64,000 nucleotides of DNA, taken from contig SUUY01000001.1 of assembly GCA_015062285.1 (NCBI GenBank), positions 170,880 through 234,879 on the forward strand, written 5' to 3'. A program made the translations under genes and the position numbers. Shown in pieces: positions 61,059-64,000 of the stretch. Position 1 is the stretch's first letter. Every line of letters starts with the position of its first letter. Source of the DNA: Alphaproteobacteria bacterium. Lineage in GTDB: Bacteria; Pseudomonadota; Alphaproteobacteria; RF32; CAG-239. The notes under the pieces are model-generated. The model worked only from the letters and a program-made list of their open reading frames with translations, was not told the DNA's origin and did no database searches.

Positions 61059-62966
61059 ATGAGCAATAAAGTTATTGGTATTGATCTTGGTACAACCAAC
61101 TCTTGTTTTGCCGTTATGGACGGTGGAGAACCTAAGGTTTTAGAAAACTCCGAGGGTGCAAGAACAACCCCTTCAATGGTGGCTTTTACAGATACGGAAC
61201 GTTTGGTTGGTTTTCCGGCAAAACGTCAAGCTGTTACAAATCCGGAAAATACATTGTTTGCAATTAAGCGTTTAATCGGACGCCGTTTTGATTCTCCAGA
61301 GGTGGCCAAGGATAAGGCTCTTGTTCCTTTTAAGATAGTAAATGGTGACAATGGTGATGCATGGGTAGAAGTAAAGGGCCAAAAATATGCTCCTTCACAA
61401 ATTTCGGCTATTGTTTTGCAAAAAATTAAAGAATATGCTGAAAGTTATTTGGGAGAAAAAGTAGAAAAAGCGGTTATTACCGTACCGGCATATTTTAATG
61501 ATTCTCAACGTCAGGCAACTAAAGATGCCGGAAAAATTGCCGGTTTGGAAGTGTTGCGTATTATCAATGAACCTACTGCTGCTGCTCTTGCTTATGGTAT
61601 GGATAAAAAAGCTAATGGCACAATAGCTGTGTATGACCTTGGTGGCGGTACTTTTGATATTTCTATTTTGGAAATCGGTGATGGTGTATTTGAAGTGAAG
61701 TCTACAAACGGAAATACATTTCTTGGCGGTGAAGACTTTGACCAAGTTTTGGTTTCTTATTTAACTGATGAATTTAAGAAAGAATCGGGTATTGATTTGA
61801 AGAGCGATCGGTTGGCTTTGCAGCGCTTAAAAGAAGCAGCAGAAAAAGCGAAGATTGAATTGTCTTCTACAACTCAAACCGAAATTAATTTGCCGTTTAT
61901 TACTGCAGATGCAACAGGTCCTAAACATCTAAACATAAAATTAACGCGTGCTAAATTGGAGTCATTGGTTGAAGATTTGATTGATCAAACGGTTGAACCT
62001 TGCAAAAAAGCAATGGCTGATGCCGGTGTATCTGCTTCTGATATCAGTGAAGTAATTTTGGTTGGTGGTATGACGCGTATGCCAAAAGTACAAGAAAAAG
62101 TTAAAGAAATATTCGGTAAAGAACCGCACAAAGGTGTAAATCCCGATGAGGTTGTTGCTGTTGGAGCTGCAATTCAAGGTGGTGTCCTGATGGGTGATGT
62201 AAAAGACGTATTGCTCTTGGACGTTACACCGCTTTCTTTGGGTATTGAAACTTTGGGTGGTGTGTTTACTCGTTTGATTGACCGTAATACAACCATTCCA
62301 ACACGTAAATCTCAAGTATTTTCTACTGCCGAAGATGGACAGACCGCCGTTACTATTCGTGTGTTCCAGGGTGAACGCGAGATGGCTGCGGATAATAAGT
62401 TGTTGGGTCAGTTTGATTTGGTTGGAATTCCTCCGGCACCTCGCGGTATGCCTCAAATTGAAGTCACTTTTGACATTGATGCCAATGGCATTGTGAACGT
62501 ATCTGCTAAAGATAAGGCTACTAACAAAGAACAGGTTATTCGTATACAGGCCAGTGGCGGTTTATCTGATGCGGATATTGAAAAAATGGTGAAAGATGCT
62601 GAAGCTAATGCAGATGCAGATAAAAAGAAAAAAGAATTAGTTGAAGCTAAAAACCAAGGAGAGTCTTTAGTTCACTCTACTGAGAAGACACTTAAAGAAT
62701 ATGGAGATAAAGTTTCTGCTGCAGAAAAAACACAAATTGAAGATGCTGTGAAATCTTTAAAAACGGCTTTGGAGGCAGAGGATTTGGCTGTTATTAAAGA
62801 AAAAACAGAAAATTTGATGCAAATATCTATGAAATTGGGTGAAGCTATGTATAAAGCGCAAGCAGAAGCAAGTCAGACAGGAGCAACTCAAGGTGCAGAA
62901 AATGTTTCAACAGAAAATCCTCAGGAAGAGAAAGTTGTTGATGCAGATTTTGAAGAAGTAAAATAG
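61059..62966 (+). CDS. dnaK: molecular chaperone DnaK (Hsp70)
   Basis: 635 aa. [17 protein letters not shown] and [12 protein letters not shown] signatures. Confidence 0.99.
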   Translation: MSNKVIGIDLGTTNSCFAVMDGGEPKVLENSEGARTTPSMVAFTDTERLVGFPAKRQAVTNPENTLFAIKRLIGRRFDSPEVAKDKALVPFKIVNGDNGDAWVEVKGQKYAPSQISAIVLQKIKEYAESYLGEKVEKAVITVPAYFNDSQRQATKDAGKIAGLEVLRIINEPTAAALAYGMDKKANGTIAVYDLGGGTFDISILEIGDGVFEVKSTNGNTFLGGEDFDQVLVSYLTDEFKKESGIDLKSDRLALQRLKEAAEKAKIELSSTTQTEINLPFITADATGPKHLNIKLTRAKLESLVEDLIDQTVEPCKKAMADAGVSASDISEVILVGGMTRMPKVQEKVKEIFGKEPHKGVNPDEVVAVGAAIQGGVLMGDVKDVLLLDVTPLSLGIETLGGVFTRLIDRNTTIPTRKSQVFSTAEDGQTAVTIRVFQGEREMAADNKLLGQFDLVGIPPAPRGMPQIEVTFDIDANGIVNVSAKDKATNKEQVIRIQASGGLSDADIEKMVKDAEANADADKKKKELVEAKNQGESLVHSTEKTLKEYGDKVSAAEKTQIEDAVKSLKTALEAEDLAVIKEKTENLMQISMKLGEAMYKAQAEASQTGATQGAENVSTENPQEEKVVDADFEEVK

Positions 62967-62984
62967 TTCTGTTATTTTGTTGAT

Positions 62985-63014
62985 AAAAAAGGTCGGATTT
63001 TCCGACCTTTTTTA
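62985..63014. terminator. bidirectional terminator between dnaK and anmK
   Basis: Stem aaaaggtcgga (62987-62997) / tccgacctttt (63001-63011), with A and T runs on both sides. Confidence 0.8.
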
Positions 63015-64000
63015 TTATTTTGAACTCCAACCTTTGGCTGCTCTTGACCAAAGTTGCGTGTTGTTTTCTCCCGGCATGGCCAAAATTCCACCGACAGTAG
63101 GCGATGAACAAGATGTTGTTGTCGGCAAAGAAAAAGGCTCTTGAGTAAAAAAGCAACGAGCCATGTCAGCAAATATTCTTGCCTCCATATATTTTCCACT
63201 GTAACCAAACTTATCCGAAAAATTAATTTTGGCATCTTTAATTGTTAAAAATTTAAATTCTTTAGAAAAGTATGATATTTCTTTATTTTGTCCGGTTAAG
63301 ATGGTTTCAAAATAGTTTTTGGTTACCGGATTATTCCAGCCACCACCAAATAACAAAAAGTTTTTAGGACGCTCGACGTTAAAAGGAATGAATCTTAGAC
63401 TCTTTGCCATAATTTGGGCACTAAAACATTCAGCTGTGTGAATTCTATCTTCTAAAGGAATAGATTTATCTATTAACTCCGGTATGATTTTATACCATGA
63501 CGGATCTGATGATTTAGGAGGTTTTTGATCCAGAAAATTCTTGCCGTCAGAAGTAATTACAGATGTTTGATATAGCTTATCAAGCAGTTGGTAATTTATT
63601 TTACCGGTTAATCCTATTTTACCATCAATATCGCAAGGGAGATTTGCTTCGGTTTGAGCCAAATAATCAGCAAAATGATTAAATGGCCCGGTATCCCATC
63701 CGGTGACATGAATTTCTTTTGTATTTATGTCAGAAGAAATAATTGCTATATTACCAGTATTTCCGCCATTGCAAAAAGCTACAGGAAAAAGATTTTTGTT
63801 TTGTAAGCTTTCAGCCAAATGCATATTGTGGATTGGAGCTAAAGGAGCCCCTTCGCCGCCATTCATGATGTCATCTGACCTAAAATCATATACGACAGGA
63901 ATTTGGGTAAGGTCAGCCAACATTTGTCCTGAACCGATTTGCAAGGTGGACGCTTCTTTGTTTTTTCCTGCAATTGATGGTGGAAAATGGTGGCATGTTT
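63015..64000 (-). CDS. anmK: anhydro-N-acetylmuramic acid kinase (5'-truncated by the window edge)
   Basis: GGEGAPLAPIHN and TLQIGSGQ motifs. The frame stays open upstream of the tracked TTG at 63944 to the window end (...HHFPPSIAGKNKEAST). Confidence 0.8.
   Translation of the reverse strand, partial: TCHHFPPSIAGKNKEASTLQIGSGQMLADLTQIPVVYDFRSDDIMNGGEGAPLAPIHNMHLAESLQNKNLFPVAFCNGGNTGNIAIISSDINTKEIHVTGWDTGPFNHFADYLAQTEANLPCDIDGKIGLTGKINYQLLDKLYQTSVITSDGKNFLDQKPPKSSDPSWYKIIPELIDKSIPLEDRIHTAECFSAQIMAKSLRFIPFNVERPKNFLLFGGGWNNPVTKNYFETILTGQNKEISYFSKEFKFLTIKDAKINFSDKFGYSGKYMEARIFADMARCFFTQEPFSLPTTTSCSSPTVGGILAMPGENNTQLWSRAAKGWSSK

Overview
AT-rich 64 kb chromosomal segment. Gene content points to an alphaproteobacterium: GapR/DUF2312, a CarD/CdnL-type regulator, Cys-poor L36, uvrC-pgsA and rplU-rpmA-obg. 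This lineage call is inference only. Most of the window is housekeeping: rpoB-rpoC, uvrC, pgsA, an OmpR/EnvZ-like two-component pair, rplU-rpmA-obg-rsfS, rlmH, a PiT/DUF47 phosphate module, a DsbA-like protein, ftsH, a U32 peptidase, ddl, miaA, mreBCD-mrdA-rodA, carD, glmM, gapR, pyk, rpmJ, ettA, lepA, deoB, pgeF, djlA, ampD, a long-form thymidine phosphorylase, dnaK and partial anmK. Gene order is scrambled relative to the usual proteobacterial layout: rpoBC stands apart from the ribosomal-protein operons, rsfS and rlmH are split, and dnaK lacks grpE and dnaJ. I saw no tRNA, rRNA, CRISPR array, integrase or transposase. Five things are not explained by standard annotation. (1) Six small membrane-anchored ORFs, three of them paralogous, lie between rpoC and uvrC in three terminator-bounded units. 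(2) A roughly 128-bp repeat family sits directly after the stop codons of ftsH, pyk and ettA; it carries a conserved hairpin with one compensatory base-pair change and a consensus extended -10 motif. (3) A Cys-rich small protein plus a helical protein form a small island next to the ftsH repeats. (4) A very acidic repeat protein is coupled to the two-component system. (5) A 577-aa secreted protein has about 25 cysteines in its N-terminal half. All functional readings of these are inference from the sequence; no searches were run.
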